Shown one piece after another: positions 24,818-38,100 of a stretch of DNA of 64,000 bases. Position 1 is the first letter of the stretch. The number at the start of each line of letters is the position of its first letter. The position numbers and the translations under genes were made by a program. The notes under the pieces are model-generated. The model was not told the DNA's origin. It worked only from the letters and a program-made list of their open reading frames with translations, and did no database searches. This DNA comes from Nageia nagi (taxonomy: Eukaryota; Plantae; Pinophyta), in contig JBITNC010000001.1 in NCBI GenBank assembly GCA_050084985.1, positions 77,190,001 through 77,254,000 on the forward strand, written 5' to 3'.

Positions 24818-25945
24818 AACACCTTGCTTAGAACTTTTCTTTCTTATTGGATCATTATTTTGTCTTTATCTTTGTTTGTATCTCCATAATTAGATCGGTT
24901 GTTTATTTACATAAATTCAACAATTATTCAGATTGGTGGGGTTGACAGTTTGACCTGTTCTGTTTTGGAGAGAGTATCTAAATCTTAAAACCATCTAAAA
25001 TTTGTGGACGATAAATAAGAACCTTTTGATAAGAGACATAGGAGTCTAAAGAAGTTACTATCAGAATGGTGCAATTCCCTTCAACTTCAGAGATTGTGGA
25101 TTTCTCCGTAAGGTAATAATTTTGTCACATTATTCTCCAACACCAAATAATTATATCATTTGAGCCTTGATCTTTCTGTGGATAAGTATGTTAGTGTTTG
25201 GTTTGTCCTCTTCTGTCCTTGTTCTACAAATGTAGATTCTTTGTTAGCAAGTTCATGGAGCTTCTGCTGTAAACTAAAATGCATAATTTCATTGGCACAC
25301 CAGCTAAGTTAGCCATCATTGAATGAAGAATTTAGTTGTGGCCCTGGCAAAGCTTCACGGAATCTAGAGTATATGTAATTTCTTAATGCAATCTAAGTAT
25401 ATGTTAAGTTGAATTGATGATCTAGTGTCTCTAATCTTTTGAATTTGGTTTTAGGTCTTAAAGCTAAGTTAAAAGCTTATGTTTCTTAATTATCGACTCC
25501 ATTCTGTACATAATACCTCGCTAATCAGGATTAATCTAAAGTATATGGACATTGGAATTACCAGGCCGTTGCTCCTTATACTGTTCCTAATATTATTTGA
25601 TATTTCTGAGATGATGACTCTATTTTCATAAGATATACCCTGCTCTAACCTTATCCCCAAGATTTCAATAGCATCTTTTGATTGAACTCTAGTTTTTATC
25701 ACATTACTTATTGTTTCATGACATTTTGTCAGTTTTCTAAATATTGTTGCTGTTGTGAAATATGCTTCTGGAAGAGAGATGGCAAGTAGAATAACACATT
25801 CAAGATTATAGTTGAGAGATATTATAGTACTCTCTGGCTGCTAGATTCAATCAAGTTGATAATCCAAGGGGTGATGATTATTAATTTTTCATGATTCTAT
25901 GCCAATTCGAAACTATACTGAACAGGATTCTCATCTTATTTGCAG

Positions 25946-26032
25946 GGCCCCTTAGCATTTTACAAAGGCTTTATTCCCAACTTTGGGCGACTTGGATCAT
26001 GGAATGTAATCATGTTTCTGACTTTGGAGCAG
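25946..26032 (+). CDS. UCP1: Mitochondrial uncoupling protein (plant UCP/PUMP, mitochondrial carrier family), penultimate coding exon
   Basis: TTGCAG|GGC...GAGCAG|GTATC. 87 nt encoding [29 protein letters not shown], a highly conserved plant UCP segment. UCP1 vs UCP2 paralog not resolvable. Confidence 0.95.
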
Positions 26033-26239
26033 GTATCCTCCCTTTCTTATAATCACCATATTTCATTTATGTGCCAAAATTCCAAAAGAGTTAACAAAAA
26101 TAGGTTCATTCTAGCTAATGAACTCATCCTTTTATTCCAAAGAAAATACTTGGTGGGTTATTTTAAATGCTATTTATGTGTTCTTTGAGTATGAGAGGCA
26201 TATTCTGATGTTTATAATGGTTTTTGTCCTTTGAAACAG

Positions 26240-26275
26240 GTCAAAAAATTATTCACAAAAGAAGTTCCGAGTTAG
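26240..26275 (+). CDS. UCP1: UCP/PUMP terminal coding exon
   Basis: Acceptor TTTGAAACAG|GTC. In-frame VKKLFTKEVPS* after a 207-nt GT-AG intron (26033-26239). Confidence 0.88.
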   Translation, partial: VKKLFTKEVPS

Positions 26276-26404
26276 TTGTTCGGTACACTGGATTGTTAAC
26301 CTTGAACAAAAAAAAAATTGATTTTTGTACTTGCTAGGCACATGTGATGTCAATTTTTGGAATTCTTCTCCATTTGGTGCTCGGAAATTCTTGCACCTCA
26401 ACTA

Positions 26405-26770
26405 CAATAAGGTTTTATGATTTATCATTTGGTTGATAACTAAAATTTGCGGTTGCATTTTTGCTTTTTCGACAAACAATTTCAATAAGAGTATCAAAAA
26501 GGTTTTATTATTTGGTTGATAACCAAATTTATTATTGCACTTTTGGTTTTTCAGCAAACAATTTCAATAAGAGTCTTAAAGACGTTTTATTATTTGGTTT
26601 GATAACCAAATGTTGCAGTTGCATTTTTACTATTTTTCGACAAACAATATCTATAAGAGTATACTTTAGTAACATGAACATGTAATATTGCTTAGCTAAC
26701 AATTTCTATAAAAAGTAGTAACATGAATATGCAATAGTTTTCAACAAATATTGCAGTTGCATTTTTGCAC
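26405..26770 (+). repeat. Degenerate ~80-bp tandem repeats in the probable UCP 3' UTR
   Basis: Recurrent TTTGGTTGATAAC..AAAT.TGC.GTTGCATTTT..TTTTTCGACAAACAAT.TC.ATAAGAGT units. Confidence 0.7.
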
Positions 26771-27619
26771 CCACCATTTTCTCTCTTTGACTAGTCTACA
26801 GAAGAGAAGAACATAAAGAGGCCATCACCACATGCTAGGTATAATGCAATTTAAGAATACATCATTCATGTTTTGCAAGAGTACCCATAGATGCTAATGT
26901 TTAACTATTATGTTAAAAGAAAAAATGCAGGCTTCCAATTATATAATATGGTTCGATTCCATTATATTTTGTATGGTTCATAGCATTGGGTCATGAGGAT
27001 GTCTTCATGGATTCAACCATGCACCAAAGGAACCAAGTAGTGGAAAGTCTTATGGATGCAACTGTCTTTCTCAGTTGATGCTTGTAGTTGATTTAATTGA
27101 CGAGTCTTAAAATATATACATTATATAATTAGGCTTGGAAATACATTTTGTTGTAGTGGCACAAAATTGTAGTTGATAACCAATACCTATAAATTGTAAT
27201 ATAAACATATCCCATCTTTAGAGAGTTATAAATTGCAACTGTACAAAGTTATTTATTCACTTGGTGGTAGTTCATATTCCTTGTTTGAAGTTCCTATAGA
27301 TGAAAATGATGCTTGCATTTTATCTTGCAAGAATATATATACCTCTGATTTTCTTATTCAATATATATTTATTTTGATTAAATTTTGATAAGGGAATCAT
27401 CAGAAGATATATGATATATCCATCAACTACTGCAAAAGCAAATAAGGATATTTTCATCTTGTCAATAGTCTTTGTTGGTTCTTCAATGCGATAGATCGAA
27501 ATATTCAAAATAATCTTTTTCAAGACATACATAATCTCTTTCAAAATTCAAAATAATCTTTTTCAAAACATACATAATCTTTCAAAATATCCAGCCTTTG
27601 GTAATAATGACAATGAGCT

Positions 27620-28270
27620 TGTCCTTTGACACCGAATACACCTTCTCTTCCTCTTTAATAGAAATCATTTTTAACAGAATTTGCTTTTCCATTCCAATTT
27701 GAATTTGAAGAGTTAAAGTTTGAAGAATTGTTACCTTAGAATTAAGATCTTTTGCCTTGTGTAATATCCTCTTGCTTTTTGTCTACATCTTCACTTGGAC
27801 AATGATTACCATGTGATCTCAAATAATTTGAAACTTTTACTCTTGATGCAAAAACTTACCTATCTCATTCATTTCAGTTAGTCTCATTTTCTTTTGATTT
27901 GCTATTAACTTTTCATCGAATTCATTAAACTTGGAGTTTCTATAGTTGTGTAGGGTTAAAAATTATAACAAATGAATTCTAAGTTAGGAGGCATACTATT
28001 CAAAACTTTCAATAGTACAGCATCTTCATTAACCACCTATCCAAATCCTTTCACTTTTGTTACTAAATTAGTTATTTTTGCATAAAATTGAGCAACATAA
28101 TCTTTTTTACTCATTCTTAGATTTCAAAATTACTTTCTTAAAGTTTGAGCTCTTACTTATTATCTTGTAAATTTCTTTATTAAGTATTTTGAAGAATCTC
28201 CCAAAGTTTTCTTGATGTATATGTTTTGGCCACGCTTGTCCATCAATTCAATTCCATTATATCTTTGGAA
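27620..28270 (-). mobile_element. Copia gag fragment (degenerate)
   Basis: Minus translation resembles KLWEILQNTY...KVRAQ.L...FENLRM...KVLNSMPP (retrotransposon gag). Confidence 0.6.
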
Positions 28271-28299
28271 AAGGTGGTAGAGCTAAGGTGTTTATTACA

Positions 28300-28681
28300 C
28301 CAAGAGGTGTCCTACAATGGTAGCTTGGGGGAGTTCAAAGGATCCAAATGTCAGTCCTTCAATTTTTTTATAAAATAAAATAAAAAATATTGATTGGCTT
28401 AAATTGTTTTTAAATCTAAATATAATTGATAAATTTTCTTCTATTTTTTAAATAATACATTGAGAGGCATCTTACAATGGTAGCCTGAGGGAGTGCAAGT
28501 CCAAATATTCGTCCCTCAACATTTTTTACAAATAAATTAAAAAATATTGGTCGACTTAAAATAATTTTAAATCTAAATATATTTGATAAACTTCATTTTT
28601 TTTTTTAAATAATTACGTTGATAGGGCATCTTACAACAAAAGCTTGAGGGAGGGCAAGCACCCAAATGTCTGTCCCTCAAC

Positions 28682-28685
<4 letters not shown>
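28300..28685. repeat. ~160-bp tandem repeat, ~2.4 copies
   Basis: GAGG..TC.TACAA...AGC.TG.GGGAG..CAA...CCAAAT.TC.GTCCCTCAAC at ~28303, ~28463 and ~28623. Confidence 0.8.

Positions 28686-28686
<1 letters not shown>

Positions 28687-28713
<27 letters not shown>
28687..28713. repeat. (TA)n microsatellite
   Basis: About 13 TA units, seen directly. Confidence 0.95.
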
Positions 28714-29825
28714 TAACAAGCTTTAATTTTTTAAAAATAATTATTAAATAAATGTAAAAACCATGAAAGAATAGATCAGCTCAATTAAGTTGAACGAACT
28801 ACAAACTTACTAGAATTACAAATTTTCATGTTAAAATGATGTCAAATATATAAAATTTATTTTTACAAAAAATAAGCAATTTGAACAAAAACATAGATTA
28901 CAAAATCAAAACATAGAAAGGGAATAGATTACACAAGCATAACACAGATTGCATACAAAAAGCAAATATATTATAGAAGCAAATCATAAATTTCATATTA
29001 TATATTACAACAAATATATTACAAGAACCAAATATAGATTACAGAAGCAAATAAATTACATATTACATATTATAGAAGATCACATAAAGTAAATATATTA
29101 TGAAACATAGATTATAAAATTAACTACATATTAAATAGTACAAATCCCCAAAGATTATAGAAAGTCAATATATTGCAAAATAAAACATATATAAGTATAA
29201 TTATAAAAGCTAAACATATAAATGATTAATAAATAAAAATAAAATAACCTAATGTATCATCCTATGCTTATAACTTCCTACATATTTATGAAGTCATGGC
29301 AAACAACATTTGGATTTCAAACATCAAAACAGATTGAACATAGGATTTTTGAACATGTCCAACATACTTGAACTTATATCTCCCCAAGATTTCCATCATT
29401 GAATGCAAAAATAATAATGAAGTAAATATTTAATTTTGAGAGTGTAGGAATAACTAGTAACATGTTAATATTTACATGTATTATTTTATATAGTTTTTAT
29501 TTGATATTTTTTTTAAATAGTTAAAATTTGTAATACTTATGTGATTATATTTTAAAAATTATATAGTTTGCATTTGATATTTTCCTTAAATATATTGTAA
29601 ATAATATTTTACTTAAATTTAAAATTATTATACTATATTTAAAATAGGATACTATTTTTTCATATTATAAAACGAGTATAATAACTTTTGATAATTATAA
29701 TCACAATAATATTTTTTAAATCAAAATCAAATACATAAGCAATGTTCAACCTTTTATATGTTTTACATTTTGATAATATTAATACCATATTTTGAAAATG
29801 GATTTACTATTTTGTAGTATATAAT

Positions 29826-29978
29826 TAGCTTAGATATCTTAGATACATATCTAAAAACGTTGAGAGGTATCAATCTCGAGACACCTATCTTATAAATCAT
29901 GCTTGTAAGAAATGAGAAGATGCCTCGAGATTGATAACTCTCAACGTTCTTAGATATGTATCTAAGATATCCAAGCTA
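29826..29978. repeat. Inverted repeat/hairpin, ~60-bp arms
   Basis: 29826-29885 pairs with 29919-29978 with about 5 mismatches. Confidence 0.9.
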
Positions 29979-29984
29979 GTATAC

Positions 29985-32900
29985 AATCTAAATCTAAACA
30001 AGGGAAATTAGCTTCCATCATGTCCCTTGAAGGACTTACAAGAATGTTGTCCACAAATGTACAACCATAGCCTATGAATCAACATGTTTAATGGTTTTTG
30101 AGCTTGTTCCCATGTTTGCATTTTTATCTCTCAAAGCATCCTTGATATGATACCAATAATTTCATGTACCCTTCAATTTGCTTGCTTTGGAACTTTGAGG
30201 ATATGAGGACAAACATTTTGTTCATGCTTAAGAATACACAATTTATTTTGTCAAGGTTGTAGGTGTTATTTAAATTTGAAGGATCTAAATCTATATTCAT
30301 ATGTTGTTGATATATGTTTTCAAGTCCCCTCTTTCTAAAACAAAAGAGAAGGACATAACATAATCAAAACAAGCTTGGTGATTTTATTAGATAATTTAAT
30401 TATATAAGAAATAATCATTCAAATACTTAATTGTATATATACTTTTGGAAAAACTTTGATAGGTCCTACAAACCAAGGGATTTAAAAGGATTTTAAAAGA
30501 TATCTATCTATCTATATATAAAGATGGCTTTTAACATTCTTTTAAACCAATAGTTTGTAGCACCTATCAAAGTTTGTCAAGAAATAAATATAAATCAATT
30601 ATTTATTTGAATTTTTGTTTCTAACATAATCAAGCTATATAATAAAACCCCTAATCTTGTTTTGGTTATTTTGATTTAAAATTCATGGATCAAGCTATAA
30701 TTAAAAATATTTTTATTGGTTTGTCTGATGTACTTTCTAAAATGTCCAAAAAAAAGAGAAAATGAGTTTCTTCATCTAGGGCATTTAGACTACAAAGCTT
30801 ACAAGTTCTTTTATCCCAAGGTGTTTTGGAAAGAGACAATTCTTATTGTTTGGAATCCTTCTTTTATTCCTTTTTGTCATTTAACTTCTTGTTGAGTCAA
30901 AATATTTTCTTTAGTTATTTTAACGTTGACTTGCATATGAATTTATATTATTAATGCCATCTTCATAATTATTGAATGAGTTAAAATATTCTAATCAATT
31001 AATTCAACACACTCTTGTTCAACAAACTTGCAAACTCCTTTAGATCCAAGAAAAGCTTTCATTTTTATCTTCCATATCTCATAATTTTCATCCTTGATTG
31101 GGATAAGGGAAGGGAAGAACCACTTGAGGTAATTGCATCACCTGATAATGTGAAGATGAAATCAAGATAAAAAAATTATAAAAATATCGAGTCTAGAATC
31201 TTCTTTTCTCACATCTCTTCAAATTTAAAAAATTCCTTCAAATTATAAGAAAGATTAAATAAATTTTCAAAATTGTAAAGTTCCTCTCAAATTCCTAACC
31301 TTAATAATCTTCAACAACATGAATCAAGCTTCAAACTTGAAGACTTTACCTAAATTCCCTTAAAATTTATTTCTTTTACAAAAAAGTTTCAATATTCTTC
31401 AAATTTGTTGATGTATTTATCCAAATCTCAACAATTTTAGCTTTAATACTTGTTACATTTCAACTAGTATAATTAGCATAAATAACATGCAAATTTCATA
31501 ATTTTGATAGTCAAAGTAACTAATTATAGTCTTTAACATATATGAAACTAATTAACAAATGAACATATGTGCAATTTTCAAATCCAACTAATAAGTAATA
31601 GAAGTTTGCAATAAATAATCAATAAAAGATCTAGAGTATTGTTGCCACTTTGAGGGGGTGAACTCTTAAGTATGTGAAAATATAGATTTAGATAAATGAT
31701 GATATGATGATTATGGGTATAACCATGCTCTTATTTATAAATGATGATGACTACAATACTAATATTTCTACCTTATAAATGACACATTATCGACTCATAA
31801 TGAGAGGCTAATTCGTTGAAAAGCTTTATTACCAAAGCTTTCAACTATGGAAAGTTATTTAATATAGTTTTCAGCTCCCAAGAAATACCTTTGTCTAATA
31901 GATCCTTTCATTTGATTGATAATTCTTTGATTTCTCAATTTGGTTACTTCCTTGTGTGTTCCTCCATAAGAGATTTTGTTTCCATCATGATCTTTCCATC
32001 TTCATCAAGTTCTAGCAATATTATTTGTGTTTGAATATTTTTCCCAAGTATATGTTTAAGATAAGAAGCATGAAAGATTGATTGAATTCTTGATGATGTT
32101 GGTAGTTGTAATCAATATATTATATATCCAATCCTCTTCAACACTTAGTATCATCCATAAAATGTTATTACTAACTTTTGCTTAGTTTTTAATATTTTAT
32201 TACAAGGTGGGAGTCAAAGGAACATTGAATCACCTTGAATTTAACTTATTTCAGTTTTATGTTATTCTAGTTATTTCATATGATTTTGAGCTTTATGAAT
32301 ATTTTATTTGACTAAGGTAAGAATTTCTTATTGATGCTACAATTGTTTGCCCACTTTATTGAGTTTTGCTAATCCTAGAATGTAATTTAGTAGTGTAGGA
32401 TTTTTTTTCTTATAGAGTGCTTTATAAGGGAACATATTATTGGAAAAATGATATGATGCATTATACCACCATTTGGCTAAGGAAATCCAATTGATCTATT
32501 GTGTTTGTTAGACAAGGAAAGCCAATTTTTATTTTTCCAAAAGTTGCTTGTGAATATTGGATATATATCATTGATAATACATTCTAGCATACTAGATAGT
32601 TGAAATACTTGGCATAAATTTTTTTGCACTTTGTTTGCGATGAACAAATTTTGGAGAGAAAGAAAGTGTACACACTTTGATAGCTTAGTCAACACAACTA
32701 TTTTTGTTTTCCCTTCTAATGTGGGTAATCCTTCAATAAAGACTATTAAGATATTTGACAATTGTTTATTTGGAATTGATAGGAGTTACAATAGTCTAAT
32801 CATTTTTATTAATTCATATTTATCTTTTTGATATATTTCATATTCCTCCATAAATTTCTTGTGTCTTGTTTAGGCACCTCCTAAAAATGATTAGCTTACT

Positions 32901-35135
32901 CTATTATAAGTTTTGAAGAATCCATAGTGAAGTTCTATAGGGGATGAATGTAGCTATATCCTATATTGAATTTGAGAATTTATTTTGCCATTGAAATCTA
33001 GTTAGTCCCTTGTCATTGTTGTTTACTCTTTGAATGATATTTACTATAGTTGGATCTTCCATTTATTCATTTTGTATTTTCTCCATCCATGTTGACTATA
33101 AAGAATATATTGCAAGTAGAGATACATATTTCTAATTCATCTTGTATAATGCATTTGTAATTATATTTTTATTTTTATTTTGTATTAGATATCATAGTCA
33201 TTTTTAAGCATTTTTGTTACTTATTTATGCTACACCAAGCAAGAAAATAGTTTTTTCAAGTGGTATTTAATGTTTTAATCATATATTTTGATTGTAAAGT
33301 TTCCCCATCAATTAAGATTTCCATTTTTGGATTAGATGTAGAATAACCATAATTTCTTTTTCATATGTAGAGTTCCCCTAGTTTCTTCTTGACACGTGTT
33401 TTCTCTCAAATGTGCATCAATACAATATAAATTCCATTTATTGAAGCATCACATTCTATCATAATGACTTGTTAAAATCTTGAGTGTCTCAATTGGTGTG
33501 CAACACATAACTTCCATGAGTTTATTTAATACTAGTATGGTTATTTGCATCCTTCTTAGTTAATGTTGTAAAGGGTAATGAATTTTTCCTATAATTCTTA
33601 ACAAATTTCTTGTAATAACATGTATGTCCTAATATTCCTCTAATATTTTTTAGAGTTTATGTAGTGTCCATTCTTTCATGGCCTGAATCTTCTTAGGATC
33701 CATCTTGACTTCTTCCTATAAAATGATATGATGAAAAATTGTACTTATTTTATTTTTAAGGAATGTGTGGACTTCTTGATATATAATTATTCCTATTATA
33801 ATATTTGGAGAACATAGCCAACATGTGCAAAGTGTATTTATTAAGTCTTATTCTATATTAACATACCATCAAACAACATCAAAATAAGTTTTTGAGGAAG
33901 TGTTTGATTATTGCAATCTTAAGGTCATGGAAGGTGGATGGAATTAGTGAGGCCAAAGGGCATGGATAGATATTCATAATGACATTCATGTGTTCTACAT
34001 TTTATTTTGAGGATACTCTCATTCTTACCTCTTATTCGATGAAATCCTAATTAAAGTCTATTTTGGTAAAAAGACATGGCAACTCATCTAATAAATCACA
34101 ATAATAAGAATTGAAAATTATTGTTGATGGTGATCTTACTAAATTCTCGAAATCCATGCAATATCCTTCATGACCCATACCTTTTTTTCAACCATAACTA
34201 TTTGTGAAGAGTAAGGGTTGTTGCTTGGTCAAATGATACTTGTTCCAATAGTTCTCATACTAGTTGCTTAAATTCATTTTTACTAAATGGATAATGTATG
34301 TATGTATTTTCTAGCAGTTTTACTTCCTTACTATAGGTTGATGACATGTTCATGAGATCCTTATCCTTGTATTTTTTGAAATATATTTTTATGTTTGAGG
34401 ATGATTTATTGTAGATCATGTGGTAGCTCTTCTTCTTATTATGTTACCTCCATTGCAAATAATTGTACTACTACCCTTTATATCCTTTCTCGATAAGCCT
34501 TTGCATTTGGTGTGATTTCACTACTTATGAGGGTAGAGTCTTCATACCTTATATCAATATTTATTTTCCTCTTTTCAAATTTAAATACATTTTTTTAGGT
34601 TCATAGAAAATTGTCTCGAGGTCTTTGATCATTAGATAGCGAGACAAATATTTTAACATCATTTTAAACCCCTTAGATTGTAGGACTTATTAACATCTAT
34701 TCAGAAGTAAATATATATAAATTAAGTATTTGAATAATTATTTCTCATATAATTTTGTTGTATAATAAAATTTTCAAGCTGGTTTTGGTTATACTATGTT
34801 CCCTCTTCTATCTTAAAAAGAGAAGACTTAAAAATAGAGAGCATCAACATATGAATATAGATTTAGATCATTCAAATTTAAATAACACTTTCAATATTGA
34901 TAAAATAATCTATCTATTCTTGAGCATGAACACATATTTTTTCTCATACTCTTAAAAGTTTCAAAGAAAGCAAATTTAAGGGTACATGAAATTACTAGTA
35001 TCATGTCAAGGAAGTCTAAAAAATCATTAGACATGTTGAATCACAAGCATGGTTGTACGATAATGGAAAAAAATCATATAATCTATTCAAGGGACATGGT
35101 GGAAGCCAATTCCACTTATTTAGAATTAGATTATA
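29985..35135. repeat. Degenerate ~500-bp inverted arms (~29985-30500 / ~34660-35135), plus a local foldback at 30360-30668
   Basis: GCTTCCATCATGTCCCTTGAA (30011) vs TTCAAGGGACATGGTGGAAGC (~35087); TAATTTCATGTACCCTT (30157) vs its complement at ~34977-34993; AAACTTTGATAGG.CTACAAAC (30451) vs 30554-30575. Confidence 0.75.
31900..34640 (-). mobile_element. Highly degenerate Ty3/Gypsy (chromovirus-type) pol: RT, RNase H, integrase, chromodomain
   Basis: Minus-strand remnants: PYSSQ, GHYEY..MPFGLTNS, FIEGLP..EGK..IVVLTKLSK..HF (ORF 32477-32761), EISWE. Confidence 0.75.
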
Positions 35136-38100
35136 TATAATCACCTCAACATTGCCAGCTTTTCAAAGCATTTGTGATTGTTGACACTTAATTTTAATAC
35201 CTAGTATCATAAATTAAGTATCACTTAATTGGAGATATATTTTATTTTATTATTATATATCAAATATTTATCATTTAAGATAACTTATGTGCTCTTCTCA
35301 TGTTTGTTTCTCTTTTTTTTTGTAAGGACCCTAGCATCGGTGCTCTCATATAAACATGCATTATGGTGAATATTTCACATATAAAAGGAGGAAAGGTAAC
35401 ATGAGGAGATTACCATATTTTCATCTCAAGAGCCACACTCAAATACTAAAAAAACTAAGGTATATCTTGACACTTCTTATCAATATTGGGTTCTATTATC
35501 ACATAAGAATCTGTTAGTCATCTTTTGTTATAATATGTTAGATTAGGCTTATCAAAATTTCTATACTACTAGGAATCTTTATTGCAAAGGATAAATTGTA
35601 GGGATCATATAATTGATGCAACTCATTGTGTTGAATTCCCCTAAGCATTCATATTACTCTACAAATATATCCTCTTCATAAGACCTTTCTTTCCAAGATT
35701 CCATGCATATGAATAATCGATACAGGTAAGGTAATAGGTATTTTTCTCTTGATCCCTCTCTCATAGGTTATGAATATGATCCAATAGTATAAGTAGTGTA
35801 TTATTGATTTACATTTATATAATACTTATATTATTATGTATTATATATATATAGTTATCTTGTAGTATACATGTTATGAAAAATATTGACACCCCATTGA
35901 ATAATGCATTCAAACACGCATCACTAATTGATAATCCTCCTAGGTATCAGCAAGTATCTAATATTATATGGTAGTAACTTCCATTTTAGGCAGTCTAAAT
36001 CATATGATGATGAAACTAGACCTACTGATGTTTGCAATTAGCCTAGGACTTAAACCTTATTTGATCTCTCCTAAGAACTAGATGTTAAGCTTTGTGATCA
36101 CCAATTTTTATTCAACTCAAAAATGGAAATAATGATTTATTTAAGAGGTAATGACTTGATACCTACCAACCAACCTAAACCAAAGTGCATATTAATACCT
36201 TATCCATTGAAAAATAGAGTCTAACAAACACTAACAAAGGACTAAGAAGAAGATTAGATCCATTTTCCATCACTCAACAAACACATACTCATCCATGAAT
36301 CTTAAACTTCATTTCCAAGGTCTTGTAGTTGGAAGTGATCTCTCCTAACATGTACTGACACTGGGCTCCAAGCACTAAATGTGGAAATCATCAAAGAGGT
36401 GGAACATAGAAATCATTAGTGATTGCATAGTTCCCCAAGTTAACCTTAATCTTCTCCACCATCTTATGGCTTAAGTTGGTGTTGCCATTTCCAATGGCTA
36501 ACTCAAACCCTTGAAATACTTGCATCTCGAATCCCTTTTCCTTTACGATCTCATCATGAATTTATGAGTGGCCCCACCATCAATTAGAACCAATACCTTA
36601 TTGTTAACAACTTCTTCTTCCACCTTAATAATCATAAATTGAGATGGTCCCTTTAAGGTGGTTATTTCTCCTCTAATATATATGATCTTATTTTCGCAAG
36701 TATTTAGCTCATCCTCAATTTCTTCTTTGAAGGAATTTAAGATATAGATTTTGTTCTTTTTCATTACATTGATATCCCTTTTCCCATGGGTTTAGGCAAA
36801 TGAAGCAAAATTTTTTATTCTTAGTTCCTCTTTCAATGTATAATCTAATCTATTTGCAGGTTTTTAAGGAAAAAATAATAGGTTTTACACTTATGGGTCC
36901 CTTGCTTGATGGTTTTCCTAGGGTTCTATTAGTAATGGATTCATTGATGCTCCCTTTGCCTTACTCGATCCTTCAAGCAGTAATGCCTTATGAATGGTTT
37001 CTTCCAATGTTGGGGATTCCATAGCTTGAGTGATGATCTTGTGGGATCTTGTAATCCATCCATGAATAGGTATGTGAGCCTTCCATAATCTACATTTGGG
37101 GCAATAACAACAATCTATAGAATGCTTCTATGTGTTCTCCCATTGTTGTAGTTTTCTTTAGCAATGTAACTCCTTGGATTCTTCCTTTATATTCCTTTGC
37201 TCAAACATTTCCAATACCCTCCTACTAAATTCCTCAAATGTCTTGACTTCATTGTGGCCTAAGGTAATCAAGCCATGATGCCTCCATTCATAAACTGTTC
37301 ATTCAAGATATATTGTATCCATTTGAATCCCTTTCTCTTCATACATTGATTGAAGGGAGGAATAATTTTGTAATTTTTGCAAGCATGCCCTAACAAATAT
37401 CTTTTCTCCTCCATTGAACATGGGTAAAGGAATTTTTTTCTTGTTGTCCTTTCCTTCATTAGGCTTTGGGGCCTTCCAATGCTTTCACCTCTGTTCCTCC
37501 CAATAGATGTGTAAGGGTACAATTTCCCTAAAGGGCCTAGGTTTTTCCATGTATTCCTACAATACTTCATTCTTGCTTCATTTTATTTTTTTATGGCATC
37601 TCTTGGAAGTGAAGAGTGAATTATTGATACAAAATAATGGGGTGTGCATTTTCCTGGTTGAGTCTTCACTTTTTATTGGAGTACCTTGGTTGGGTGTCCT
37701 CATCTGCATCATCATCTAATTTATAAGGCCAATTAGAATATCCAACTTTTGGTATATCATCTTGTTTTCCTATATTTTAAACCTACATTGATATTGTTAG
37801 CGGATCTTAGGGCGCATATGGGTCTAGGGTTATGCCTATCAATTATGAGTTGAATTTGCTTGAAGTTGTGCAAATCTAAGATGGGCCTCCCAAGAATGTA
37901 CAAGCCACTTGGAGGTGAGAATTATCCAAGTATGAGCTCCTTAAAGCCCAATGTTTGTCTTCTCAGCTGGAATTTATCTTCAAGAGTGGATGAATTTTTT
38001 CTCTTTGCAAAATGTAAAATGGTGCTTCAAGAATGATGTGATTTTAAAACTCCTTGAGTTTCAATGCTCTTTTATATGTGATCTTTAAAATTTGAATTTT

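Noticed and set aside
25940-26188. 82-aa single-exon ORF
   Set aside because: It is the UCP exon read through into the intron; the splice sites define the real exon.
28300-28685. CRISPR-like repeat-spacer array
   Set aside because: Whole 160-bp units are repeated with no unique spacers; eukaryotic context and no cas genes.
29826-29978. Hammerhead ribozyme within the hairpin (AAACGTTGAG resembles PLE motifs)
   Set aside because: No CTGA.GA core upstream.
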